Shown piece by piece: positions 49,007 to 61,570 of a stretch of 64,000 nucleotides of DNA. Under the pieces are notes generated by a model, which did no database searches, was not told the DNA's origin, and saw nothing but the letters and a program-made list of their open reading frames with translations. Position 1 is the stretch's first letter; every line of letters starts with the position of its first letter. A program made the translations under genes and the position numbers. The stretch comes from Malacoraja senta (lineage: Eukaryota), in NCBI GenBank assembly GCA_038087875.1, contig JAXLNO010000239.1, forward strand, positions 1 through 64,000. Reading direction: 5' to 3'.

Positions 49007-50765
49007 CGTAAAGGCGGGGGCCAGGGAAAGCGGGGGTGCGCTGTCTGAAATTCACACCCGCAATGAACAGGAAGGTAAAAGATGGCTGGCACAGTTACGG
49101 TAAGTCCTTTAGAGAGCGCGGAGAGGGGAGGGGGGGGGAGAGAGGGGGAGAGAAGGGGAGAGAAGGGGAGAGAAGGGGGTAGAAGGGGGGAGAAGGAGTG
49201 GAGACACTTTTAAGAAGCTAGACAACTTTTAATACAGTTTAGTGGGCATTTAACATTACCTGTCGGTTTACTTACCTTTTTTTTCCTCAACGAGCTTTAC
49301 CTTCGACTACCCTCGATTACCTTTGATTGCCTTCGATTACCAACGAATAACATACCGACCCACTACGACCTACCTCGACTAAACCTATGAGTAAAAAAAA
49401 CGCCGCGACCTAACTGAGGCCTCGAGTATGCGGGGACTACTCTTGAGCATGAAGGAGAGTTACAAAGACCTCCTAGGACCTCGTGTCGACCATGCTGCGA
49501 GTATGAGTCAAGGGCAAACTCTTCTAAAGTCGCGAATTAGGTCCCCGCAGTGGGACAGGCCCTTGAGGCACGAATTCCATGGAAACTTGGTAGGATGGAT
49601 TTAAATTTGGTTTGGTCATAGAAAACAGAGGGTATTGGTGGAATTGGGTTATTCTGACTGGAGGTCTGTGACTAGTGGGGATCCACAGAGATCAATGTTG
49701 CAATTTCTGTTGTTTGTGTTTTGGATGGAAATATAGGTGGGCTGATTAGTAAGTTTGCAGATGACACAAACATTGGCTAAGTTGTGGATAGTGAGAAAGG
49801 TTGTTAAAACTATTCATCAGAATTTTGACCAGTTGGATAGGTGGGCAGAGTAATGGCAAATGGAATTTAATCTGGGCAAGTCTGTGGTGTTGCACTCCAG
49901 GAGGTCAAATGTAAGAGGAAAGTATACAGTAGATAGCAGGACTCTTAGGAGCATTGATATACAGTAGGATGTTGAGGTGCAAGTCTACTGTTCCCTGAAA
50001 GTGATGACATAAGTAGATAGGTTGGTAAAGAAGGCACAGAGCATACTTGTTCTCATTGGTCAGTGTTTATCAGTCTGAAAGTTGGGAACATGTTGTAACT
50101 CTATAAAACTGTGGTTAGGTTACCTTTCAATTAATAGTCACTGCATTACAGGAAGGATGCGAGGCTATGGTGAGGGTGCAGAAGAGGTTGACCAGGATGC
50201 TGCTTGAGATATAGAGCATTAGCTATAAGGAGAGTTTAGACAAACCTATTGCCAATACTCTCTAATTCCCTTGAGCATTGGAGGCTGAGGGGAGACCTGA
50301 CGAAGTATATAAAAAATTGAAAAGGCATAAATATGGTAGATAGTCAGTTTCTTTTTTCCAGGATGGAAGTCTCAACTAGTAGAAAGATTAGGTTGAAGGT
50401 GAGAGTGAGAAAGTATAAAATAAATTTACGAAGCAAGTTTTGGGATTGAGAAGGAAAGATAGATCAGCCATGATTGAATGGCGGAGTAGAATTAATGAGC
50501 CAAATGGCCTAATTCTGCATCCTATAACTTATGACATTTTTCATACAGGTAGTAGGAGGTGCTTAGAACAGATAGGGGAAGAGGTGGAAGCAGATACAAC
50601 AGCAATGTTTAAGAAGCATTTAGACATGCACATGAACAGACAAGGAATGGAGGGATATAGATCATGTGCAGGCAGAAAATATTAGTTTCAATTGGCTTTT
50701 CAAGTCAACATGGACATTGTGAGCTAAAGTGCTTGTTCCTGTGCTGTATTTTTCTATGTTTTATG
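48575..50765 (+). mobile_element. Old CR1 RT region through 3' UTR with nested insertions
   Basis: SQHG, YMDF.K.FD, SG.PQ.S.L, SKFADDT, QMEFN..K remnants. Confidence 0.8.
48726..49563. mobile_element. PIF/Harbinger-like MITE containing a (CA)n microsatellite
   Basis: TIR A(A/G)GGCCTGTCCCACT at both ends. TAA/TGA flanks. (CA)n at ~48853-49004. Confidence 0.7.
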
Positions 50766-50920
50766 TATGGGTATTGGAATAAATAGTTAAGAATAAAATT
50801 ACTGAGATGGTCGGAAAAGAGCTCCCAGACAGTAAATTAGATTGCGTTTTAACAAATCTAACTGAAGAATTAATGGAAAACGTTGAAAAGAGAAATTAGT
50901 TTGTATGGATTTCTGTAATA

Positions 50921-52758
50921 TCTATATTACTAAAAGTAAGATCTTGACCACTTCCTGTTTTCTGTTTCATGATTTTTGAAAAAACGCTGCCACTTACGGC
51001 TGTGATTTTTGGCCATCTTACTCAGAGTCCCCCTCCGCTACGCAGGACAAGAGAATTTTTCCCATCTATGAAAAATAAAAGATTTATTAATGTTTTAAAA
51101 ATGTTGACATTCTCTCTGCTGCCCCTGCTGGTGGGAGGAGGGAGGGACAATAAAACCCAGAAATGTTGTGCTACACTCAGTCTCTGCAAGATGGAGGAAG
51201 CGAGAGGGTCACGTCTCTCTGAGCTGTGAATAACACTGAACACATGTCTATTCAACTGTGAGTGCCCTTAATGTGGTTTGAAAATGAAAATGTGGTTGCT
51301 TTGAAATGCTGCACTGCAAAAATGGCTGTCGTTGGTGGTGGTAACTGCTTTGAAATGCTGCACTGCAAAAATGGTTGTCGTTGGTGATGGTATCTGCTTT
51401 GAAATGCTGCACTGCAAAAATGGTTGTCATTGGTGGAAACCTGACAACTTCCTGTTTGCACTTTATATTGATTTTAGATAAAAATGCTACCACTTACGGC
51501 TGTGATTTTTGGCCATCTTACTCAGTCCTCCACCGCTCATCAGGTGCAGAGGATTCTTCCCATCAATGAAAAATAAAAGTGTTATTAGTGTTTTAAAAAA
51601 TGTTGAGAATCTCTCTCCTGTCAATCACGCCATGAAGGCCACGCCCCTTCTGGTTGGAGGGGGAGGGATTATAAAACTCGGAAGTGTGGGTGTGGCTCAG
51701 TCTCTGCAAGATGGGAGTGGGAGAGGTCACGAATCTGAGCTGTGAATCAACTGAGCTGTGTCTGAGCGGTGAATTAACTGAACACACTGAATGTCTACTG
51801 AACTGTGAGTGTGGTGTTTATGTGGTGTTTAAGTGGTGTTTTGTGTGGTTTTATGGTGGTTTTATGGTGGTTTCACCCGGCTTGAAATGGTATGAAACTG
51901 CATTTGAAAGTGGTGGCCTGGCACCCTGCATGAAATGGTATGAAACTGCACTTGAATTTGGTGGCCTTGCACCCTGCTTGAAATGGCATGAAACTGCACT
52001 TGAATTTGGTGGCCTTGCACCCTGCTTGAAGTGGCATGAAACTGCACTTGAATTTGGTGGCCTTGCACCCTGCTTGAAATGGCATGAAACTGCACTTGAA
52101 TTTGGTGGCCTTGCACCATGCTTGAAATGGCATGAAACCGCACTTGAATTTGGTGGCCTTGCACCCTGCTTGAAATGGCATGAAACTTCACTTGAGTTTG
52201 GTGGCCCTGCACCCTGCTTGAAGCGGTAGGAAACTGCACCTGAATTCCGTGGCCTTGCACCCTGCTTGAAGTGGTAGGAAACTGCAATTGAATTCGGTGG
52301 CCTTGCACCCTGCTTGAAGTGGTATGAAACTGCAATTGAATTTGGTGGCCTTGCACCCTGCTTGAAGTGGTAAGAAACTGCACTTGAATTTGGTGGCCTT
52401 GCACCCTGCTTGAAATGGGAGGAAACTGCATTTGACTTTGGTTGCCTTGCACCCTGCTTGAAATGGAATTTCAAGGAATAGCCGTGAGTCAACTGCCAGC
52501 CCACCAGCCGTGAGTCAACTGCCAGCACATCAGGCTTGAGTGACTGAGTTGCCACCCCAAGAATCCATTGGGCCCACAATGTCCATACTAGCCCTCTGGA
52601 AACCAGTCCCTTCAGCCCACAATACTAGCGCTCCAGAAAGCCCCCCCCCCTCCCCCCACTGGCCACCAATATTGGAATTGGTGGAGAGGTAGAATATTGC
52701 ATTCGGGGACCAGCCCTCCCGTGTGAACATGGGACCCAACGGGTCCCACTTAGTCTAG
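50921..52758 (+). mobile_element. Non-autonomous Helitron
   Basis: A|TCTATATTACTAAAAG start. 3' hairpin TGGGACCC-aac-GGGTCCCA (52730-52748), then CTAG|T. No TSD. Confidence 0.85.
51881..52465 (+). repeat. 48-bp minisatellite (~12 copies) inside the Helitron
   Basis: Unit cttgaaatggcatgaaactgcacttgaatttggtggccttgcaccctg. Confidence 0.95.
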
Positions 52759-53809
52759 TATTGAATATAGTTTAATATTGGAGGCCATTAGCTAAAATTC
52801 AATTCCATGGAATTAAAGGAAAATTAATTAATTGCTCAAAAAATAGAGTAATAGATGTTGGAGAAAGGAAACTGGCAACTCTACTTGAATTGGAAGAAAG
52901 TGACGAGTTAGATCCCATGGGAGCCGGGTAGCGAAGAATCATAAAGGTTAATAGCAAAGCAACAAACAGGAGCAGAAAATTATAAAGGGAAATTAAGGGA
53001 GCAATACAAGGGCAGAAAGATTTCCACACGGAAAGTGCAAGATAAGCCATTTATTGTTGAAAGGACATAGCTTAAATGCTGAAGAGTTGAGAACAGTCGA
53101 TCTCCATATGCGTAGATCATTAAAGACTGGTGGTCAAATACATAAGTTATTAGCAAGTCTAATGGCACATTAACTTTTTTTGACGAGAGCTACAATATAA
53201 AGTGAAGGAAACTTTGTGGTAACAATAAAAACTCTTTAGATGGACAGAGAAATGTGTAATATTTGGCATTCAAATAGGTTCATTAGAAGGAATGTAGCAT
53301 GGATTCACCAGGGCTCTGAGGATTAGGTTGAGGAGAGGGATTACCTAAAGCAGATAATTACTGAAATATAGATGAATAAGAAGTGAGGTTGGTAGAGTTA
53401 TAAAAAAAATCAAGACGGGCTTCCATTCAGGAAGAGGGGCCTAGTAAAGTAGGAAGAGAGCAAATCAGAACTGGGCCTAACAAGAAAGAAGTTAGTCAAC
53501 CATTTATCCTGATGATGAGAAAAGAGACAGAATGTCATCGCAAATAATATTTTCAACTCTGTAATCAATTGTCAGGAGTTATTTGGAATGTAGTGCCCTA
53601 TTGAGTGGATTGAAGTAGGATATAGATCAAGCAAGACCTCGATAAATGGACATGAAGATCATTTTGAGCCAGCCTTTTCTTGTTTAATTCTGGCCTTCAT
53701 AGTTCATACTGTAGCTGTAATATGTCACTGTTGCAGTATTGCCTTTAGTTACAGGATCTTCTATAGATTTTGGCATGGCAAACATTTCTCTAAGTGAAAA
53801 ACATTTTAG

Positions 53810-54100
53810 AGTTTAGCGTTGAGAGATACAGTGTGGAAACAGGCCCTTCGGCCCACTGAGTCTGCACCGACCAACGATCACTCGTATACTAGTTCTATTC
53901 TACAAACCAGGGACAATTTCGAGAAGCAAATTAACCTACAAACCTGCACATCTGTGGAATATCGGAACACTCTGAGAAAACCCATGCGGTCAAAAGGTGC
54001 ATGTACAAACTACGAAAAGACAGCACCCGTAGTCAGGATCAAACCTGGGCCTCTGGCGCTGTAAGGCAGCAACTCTTCCGCTGCACTATTGTGCCACCCC
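53810..54100 (-). mobile_element. HE1/V-SINE
   Basis: Tripartite SINE on the minus strand. Confidence 0.85.
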
Positions 54101-54888
54101 AGTTAGCAACTACTGACGAAACTGTTGGCCATTGATATTCTCATCTTCATGAAATCTTAGTGTTTTTGAAACTCGTGTTACAAAGCTAGTATTTAGAAAT
54201 AGGGATTAGCTCAACAATCACAAAAAACAACAATCTTAAAGGTTAATACCTCCATTACAGAATCTTGGAATTCTCCCAATTCCTTAAACTCAGGTATAAT
54301 CCTTGAAGATTGAATGTATAAAGTTTTACCCCTTAATTGTTTTAGTAATCTGATTTTTTTTTTAATGCTTTAGTTAAAAAAAAATTAAGATGTGTTGGCT
54401 TTACAGGTAGAAATAATGTAATCAAGTAAAGATAGAAGTGTCTCTGGGGTTTTGTGCTTGCAGAAGAAGATAAGGAGGACCTCATAGAGATGTCAAGGTC
54501 CTAGTATGGAAGTCCTTCCTGCCATTTTACACCAACAGGGGTGGAACCCAGATTCTATATTAAGAACACAAAAGCAAAAGGCTGAGGATCTGCGCATCAG
54601 GAAGCTGGTGGCAATTGTAGGGTCAAGGACCTTTGATCAGATCTGGGAAAAGTCAGAGGTGAAACCATGTTTTAAAGTCCAGAGAGTGCAGGAGGAAAGA
54701 AAATAAAGTCTGGGATTGAGTAGAAGGTGGGCGAGATTAAAAGAAAAGGAAGAAAGTAGAAGGCAAGAGGAAATGTTAAAGCACTAAGTAAAAGAGTTTG
54801 AAGATTTGCATGGAAAATGTGAAATTGTGATTCCCAGAATCATTATCCAATGTATTTAGTTTATTTGTTTGTTGCTGAAAGCCGTGGG

Positions 54889-55115
54889 TCGGCACGGTGG
54901 CGCAGTGGTAGAGTTGCTGCCTCACAGTGCTTGCAGCACCAGAGACCCGGGTTCGATTCCGGCTATTGGTGCTTCCTGTACAGAGTTTGTATGTTCTCCC
55001 CGTGACCTGCGTGGGTTTTCTCCGAGATCTTCGGTTTACTCGTGTGTGTGTAGGATAGTGTGAATATGTGGTATTGTGGTTGGCGCGGACCTGGCGCTGT
55101 ATCTCTAAAACTATA
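54889..55115 (+). mobile_element. HE1/V-SINE (internally deleted)
   Basis: ggcacggtggcgcagtggtagag A-box, gggttcgattcc B-box, partial V-domain. Confidence 0.85.
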
Positions 55116-55537
55116 AACGAAACCAAAAAACCATGTGAGATCCTTTTGGAAATACTTTTTAAATGAACACACAGAAAGTCAATTCTGAGGGTGCAGACAC
55201 CATAGGATATCGAGAGCTGCATCTGAGTCACACTATAGCCAACAGATTGAGAGCAACTAGCTTAGATACAATCTGAGGTGTTGTTCTTTAATTTTGCAAT
55301 GACCTTTATTGGAGGCCGAGGACTGGAAAGTGCAAAAGTGGCAAGAAAATTAATGCACACATTAATGCAAAACCAGTGATAAGTTGCTTGCTTGCAGTGG
55401 TAAAAATGGCATTGAATAATGACCTTGAACATGCATTTCCGGGTATGGGGTTATGGATCACGTGCAAGCAGAGGAAATTTGTTTAAGGGCCAAAGGGCCT
55501 GTTCTTGTGCTGTACTGTTCGAAGTTCTATTTCTGAC

Positions 55538-55600
55538 CTAAGTATCCAGCATCAAGCCATGAAGTGTTGTGGTATAAAGCTGCAGTCTGCATGAAACCAG
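55538..55600 (-). CDS. Candidate coding exon A (GFMQTAALYHNTSWLDAGYL)
   Basis: Acceptor cctttaatgttttctgtcAG, donor GTcaga. Single open frame (phase 1 to 1). Confidence 0.4.
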   Translation of the reverse strand: MVSCRLQLYTTTLHGLMLDT

Positions 55601-56004
55601 CTGACAGAAAACATTAAAGGCATTAGCAGATTGGCAGTGATGGACATGAAAATTGTTGGCTTGAGAAAATAGTCCCTTATACTTCATAAAACCACTGGTG
55701 TTCTGGTCAACAATCCAAGGTGGTTGGGCAGGAAAGAACTGCAGATGTCGGTTGATACCGAAGACAGACACAAAATGCTGGAGTAACTCGGTGGGTCAGG
55801 CAGCATCTCTGGAGAAAAAGAACAGGTGTTGTTACAGGTCAGAACACTTCTTCAGACTGAAAGGAGAGGGGAGGGGGTGGTTGCTGGAAGATAGATGCTG
55901 GCAGTACCCAGCAGATGTGCTGCAACTGGAAATGGGACATTGTCTATCAGGCATCATATCAGACCAGTGTCACGTTTGTGTGGAAACAAAGAAAACAGGT
56001 GCAG

Positions 56005-56445
56005 GTGTACGCCATTTGGACCTTCAAGCCAGCACCGCCATTCAATATGATCATGGCTGGTCATCCACAATCAGTACCCCGTTCCTGCTTTCTCCCCATA
56101 TCGCTTGATTCCGTTAGCCCTAAGAGCTATATCTAACTCTCTCTTGAAAACTTCCAGTGAATTGGCCTCCACTGCCTTCTGGCAGAGAATTCCACAGATT
56201 CACAACTCACTGGATGAAAAGTGTTTCCTCATCTCAGTCCTAAATGGCCTACCCCTTATTCTTTCCCCTTAAACTGTGCAGCTGCTGTGCCGGGCAAACT
56301 AGGAGTTTGACAGTTGTCAGGAGTTATGGGGGAGAAGGCAGGAAAATGGGGATGAGAGGGAAAGATAGATCAGCCATGATTGAATGGCGGAGTAGACTTG
56401 ATGGGCCAAATGGCCTATTCTGCTCCAACAAGTTATGAACATGAA
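56005..56445. mobile_element. Two CR1 3'-end fragments in opposite orientation
   Basis: Minus copy 56005-56270 and plus copy ~56310-56445, both with the gatcagccatgat motif. Confidence 0.75.
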
Positions 56446-57559
56446 CTACTTATGAGTAGTTCTAAGTTGAAGGATACAAGGACAAATGATGATGGCAGTA
56501 GGTGGGAAAATCATTGCCCTAATTACATCCTTAAAAATCTGAACAGATTCTGGGATGAAGTTGAGAGCATGAAGAATGAAGGTGCATTCATTTTCAATGA
56601 TCAATGTTGCTGCTGCCAATGGTCACCATGGCCTCTGCAAGACTAATTAGCAGTATTCTCCTCTTCAGGACTGTAGTGTTGAATGTGTATTTGTCCATCA
56701 TTGGTCTCCTATTACATCCCATCTTCTACAAAATAGAGAATAGAGCCATACATCATAGAACTACACAGCACAGAAACAGGCCACAAAAACAAAACAAAAA
56801 TAAAAATGTAAGCTAGGAATAGTAGCAGAGATATTAACTCTACTGACGGAGTTACAAAACATAAAGTGCTGGAGTAACTCAGCGTGTCAGCTAGCGTCTG
56901 CGGAGGGAACGGTCAGGTGATATTTTGGTTCGGGACCCTTTTTCAGACTGATTGTAATCGAGGAGAGAAAGTTGGAAAAGAAACGGAGGGCGGGACAAGT
57001 GATGGGTGGAAACGGTGAGAAGGGTTTGACCGGCGCACGGGCGGACATGAGCCAGAAATGATAAGGAGACAAAAGGGTGTCGGAAGAGGAGTGAAATTTA
57101 AAGCCAGAGGAAAGCTGTATTATTACCTCTGTTCCTCTTTCCACAGATGTTGGAAATCTAAAATAAAAACAGGCTGACTTGAGCAGTGTTCGTTTTTTGT
57201 ATTTATTTTAGATTTCCAGCTTCTGCAGTTTGTGCCTGTGGCTTTCTCCACTGGCGCTAGTCTCTTATGCAATTGAATTCAATGGATAGGCACCAAGGCA
57301 ATAAACGTCGGTTAGCGCTGCGGGGATGCTAATTTCATAAAGAAATAAAACGAGACAATAAATGTGTGCATGTGCGGGCGTTGTCATGGGCGTGGGTTCC
57401 CCGATCACTATGATCCCGGCGACATTTTCCATGATTAACTGATTTAACCCTGCGCACGTTCAAGGTGGATGAACTTTAAGTTTCTCCAGACTCTGGTCAC
57501 GTTGGAGACATTAACACTAGGGCGCGCACTTTAACATCGTCTCCACCTTTTAAATTACA

Positions 57560-58575
57560 CCAACACTCCCCCGCCCCCCCCCAACAATCCCCCTCCCCCC
57601 ACCAACAATCCCCCTCCCCCCCAACAATCCCCCTCCCCCCACCAACAACCCCCCTCCCCCACCAACAATCCACCTCCCCCCACCAACAATCCCCCTCCCC
57701 CCACCAACAATCCCCCCCCAACAACCCACCCCCCAACAATCCCCCTCCCCCCACCAACACCCCCCCTCCCCCCCAACAATCCCCCTCCCCCCCAAACAAT
57801 CCCCTTCCCCCCACCAACAATCCCCCTCCCCCCAACAATCCCCCACCAACAATCCCCCTCCCCCACCAACAATCCCCCTCCCCCCACCAACAATCCCCCT
57901 CCCCCCCCACCAACAACCCCCTCCCCCCCCCAACAATCCCCCACCAACAATCCCCCTCCCCCCAACAATACCCCTCCAACAATCCCCCACCAACAATCCC
58001 CCTCCCCCCCAACAATACCCCTCCCCCCACCAACAATCCCCCTCCCCCCACCAACAATCCCCCTCCCCCCCAACAATCCCCCACCAACAATCCCCCTCCC
58101 CCCACCAACAATCCCCCCCCAACAATCCCCCACCAACAATCCCCCTCCCCCCACCAACAATCCCCCCCCAACAATCCCCCACCAACAATCCCCCTCCCCC
58201 ACCAACAATCCCCCTCCCCCCACCAACAATCCCCCTCCCCCCCAACAATCCCCCACCAACAATCCCCCTCCCCCCACCAACAATCCCCCTCCCCCCCAAC
58301 AATCCCCCACCAACAATCCCCCTCCCCCCACCAACAATCCCCCCCCAACAATCCCCCACCAACAATCCCCCTCCCCCACCAACAACCCCCCTCCCCCCGC
58401 CAACAATCCCCCTCCCCCCCAACAATCCCCCACCAACAATCCCCCTCCCCCCAACAATCCCCCACCAACAATCCCCCTCCCCCCACCAACAATCCCCCCC
58501 CCCCAACAATCCCCCACCAACAATCCCCCTCCCCCCACCAACAACCCCCCTCCACCCCCCCAACAATCCCCCTCC
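57560..58575. repeat. C-rich minisatellite built on CCAACAAT-Cn units (~1 kb)
   Basis: Alternating CCAACAATCCCCCTCCCCCCA and CCAACAATCCCCCA variants. Confidence 0.95.
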
Positions 58576-61145
58576 CTATGACCAGAATTAGAGATGCTGA
58601 TGTGTTCACATGAGCAATAACTAATGACTCATAAATTTCCACTGTTTATGATATTTATCTCTATGGATCAACACTGTTGGCGTTAATAACACAACTGCCG
58701 ATATTTGTTCCAAGGAGGGTCGCGGCATTCAATTCTATCGTGCTGGTCCTGAAAAGTCAGCTATTCCTTTTCTCCAGCGATGCTGCCTGACCCGCTGAGT
58801 CACTCCAGCTTTTTGTGTCTATCGTCGATTCAAACCAGCATCTGCAGTTCCTTTGTGTAAGAAAGAACTGCAGATGCTGGTTTAAATCGAAGGTAGACAC
58901 AAAATGCTGGAGTAACTCAGCGGGTGAGGCAGGCATCAGAGCTCAGTCTGAAGAAGCGTCTCGACCCGAAACATCGCCCATTCCTTCTCTCCAGAGATGC
59001 GGCCTCACCCGCCGAATTACTCCAGGATTTTTTGTCTATCTGCAGTTCCTTCCTGCACAAGCTAAAAGCAGATATAGTTAAAGGTTGCAATTGAATGAGA
59101 GGTTTGAGAAATCGTGTGTTCCGATTGTTACAAGTCTTATTTAACGGATGCATTTATATTAGTGGAACGTTTATTTGAAGGACGTGTGGAATTCCAACTC
59201 CCTAGCCACCGTTTGGTTGTTGTACATAATTTCTGACAACCAATCCCAAGTCTTTGATAATATGTAAGTGATATCCATTTCTTTCCCTTATCAGATTATA
59301 TGCAGGCAGGCCAATTGTAAAAAAGTTTTGAAATGTAGAACTGGTGCACTACAGACATCCCGATAAGACCCGTTGCATAAAATGAAACCAATAAAATGGA
59401 AAATGCCAAAATGCTAGAAATCAATAATGGTATCAGCGACGTGCGACCAAGAGATATCCAAAGAGAAGGAAAATGTGTGTTTACAACTTTTTTTTTACAG
59501 ATGCTGACTGTCGCTTTGCATTGCCAGCATTTTCCTCTTTTTTTAAACCCATATCCAAGAGTGGATGTAATTCGTCGTTTAGTTTACTTTAAATATCCCA
59601 CTTTCAAAACAACACGTTTGCTTTGCGACCGGCGGTTATTCAAATGCATCAACATCAACAAAAGCAATATTCTCGGAGTCAACCTTTGTAGGGCAAACCG
59701 ACCCTCAGGAGAAAAGGGGAAGCGCGTCAGAGCCGTCAGTGTGTAAAACTGTTGGGAACAGCACTGAGCGGATCAGATGCGTGAGACTGGGACTTGCGAG
59801 CATTAGCTCCGGCAGGTGATTCAATCGAATAAGCAGCCACAACGCTGCCTCATGGCTCTGCGCTGGGCTCCTCCACTGCTTCTCACCCTGGCTCTCCATC
59901 AAGGCAAGGAAGCGACTGTCTCTTTACTTTAGGAATACTGGTCATTTAAAATATCCGTCTGCGTGTGATGTTCACGTTGAGAAGTTTGGCTGTTAAGTGA
60001 ATGATTGTGTACACTTTGACTGTAGTCGTACTGTAAAAGGTAAATAAAGCAGCGGCGTGCAGAAGAACAGCGCTCGGCCGTGTATCACGGTCCGTCGGCA
60101 ATTGTTGCTCTGGAGTTTGGAAAGTTGAGTGAACATTTGGAGGAGTGGTGATGTTTAATTTTAGTCAACTTACTGTAGATTGCAACCAGGTCATTTCTGA
60201 CTATTTCTGACAGACCTTTACTATTTCTCAAATGCACACGGAGTGCTGGAGTAAATCAGCGGGTCAGGCAGCAGCTCCGGAGAACATGGATAGATGACAT
60301 TTCGTGTCGGAACCCTTCTTCAGATCCTTCTTCAGACTGATGAAGGGGCTCGACCCGAAACATCACCATCTACATTCTCCAGAGAAGCTGTCTGACCCGC
60401 TGAATTTCTCAAAGCACTTTGTGTCCTTTTCTGAATTAAGCGGCATATGCAGTATTTTGTTTCTAAACTTGTTCTCTCTACTTTCAACTGTTTCTCCTCT
60501 GATCGCTGCCCCCAGGCGCTCTTCCATGTGGCATGGTCCCGAAAGTCACGTAAACCTGAGCATTTTTGGCATTTAAATAAAATACTGCTCAGCACTGGAA
60601 ATGTTCCATATTCTTGCATTTCTTTTCGTGAAACCGCCTGCGTGCACAGTACAGGGTGCTCCTCCAATGTTGCTCTTGATTTGTCTGGTGGGTCATGTAC
60701 AATATATCCGTCTAAAAGGTAGAATTGGAAGCTGGGGAAATAACAGGAAATCATCCTCGGTGCTTATAAATGCAGAATGAACGATTGGAAATCAGATGTG
60801 CTAACATAGGTAATAGCAGTAATGGGATATCCGTTCGAAGTCTTGCTGTAAAAGTGGCTTTGATTGTAGCGCCGTCCGTGTGGGCTCAGCTGGTAGGTTT
60901 AGTTGTAGGTTAGCCCTCAGGGGAGAACGTGAATTTGAATTTAGTTTGAATGGTAAATTCCTTACAGCCAATTCATTGAGGTTGCAGGCGCTTTATGTTC
61001 GCGAGCGCCAATCGTAATGCGAGGTTGGGATCGCGTTTGAAGATCCCGCCGTCAGAGTTTACAGGTTGGAGTCGCTGGTTTTGCCTGCACCGTCGCTTCA
61101 GACTGTTGGAAATGTGAATTTAAACGGGACATGGAAATACGCAGT

Positions 61146-61175
61146 CTGAAGATGGGTCTCGACCCGAAACGTCAC
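61146..61175 (+). ncRNA. Minimal hammerhead-ribozyme-like motif in a Penelope-derived terminus (representative copy)
   Basis: CTGAAGA-t-GGGTC-tc-GACCC-GAAA-CG-TC matches the CUGANGA / stem II / GAAA / short stem III / UH core. Confidence 0.5.
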
Positions 61176-61249
61176 CCATTCCTTCTCTCCAGAGATGCTG
61201 CCTGTCCCGCTGAGTTACTCCAGCTCTTTGGAAGTATCGTGGTTACTTA

Positions 61250-61570
61250 CTTAGACAATAGACAATAGACAATAGACAATAGACAATAGACAATAGGTGC
61301 AGGAGTAGGCCATTCGGCCCTTCGAGCCAGCACCGCCATTCAATGTGATCATGGCTGATCATCCCCAATCAGTACCCCGTTCCTGCCTTCTCCCCATATC
61401 CCCTGACTCCGCTATTTTTAAGAGCCCCATCTAGCTCTCTCTTGAAAGCATCCAGAGAACCGGCCTCCACCGCCCTCTGTGGCAGAGAATTCCACAGACT
61501 CACCACTCTCTGTGAGAAAAAGTGTTTCCTCGTCTTCGTTCTAAATGGCTTACTCCTCATTCTTAAACTG
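61250..61570 (-). mobile_element. CR1 3' end with (TATTGTC)n tail
   Basis: FFSQRVVSLWNSLPQ; (agacaat)n on the plus strand. Confidence 0.9.

Noticed and set aside
51684..52579. Repeat-protein ORFs and a CRISPR-like appearance of the 48-bp array
   Set aside because: Head-to-tail units with no unique spacers, inside a Helitron. The ORFs arise because 48 is a multiple of 3.
54889..54965. tRNA gene-like A/B boxes
   Set aside because: Directly followed by the V-domain; a SINE head, not a tRNA gene. The same applies to the other copies.
57497..58642. Long glycine-rich ORFs in three frames
   Set aside because: Artefact of a stop-free G-rich minisatellite.
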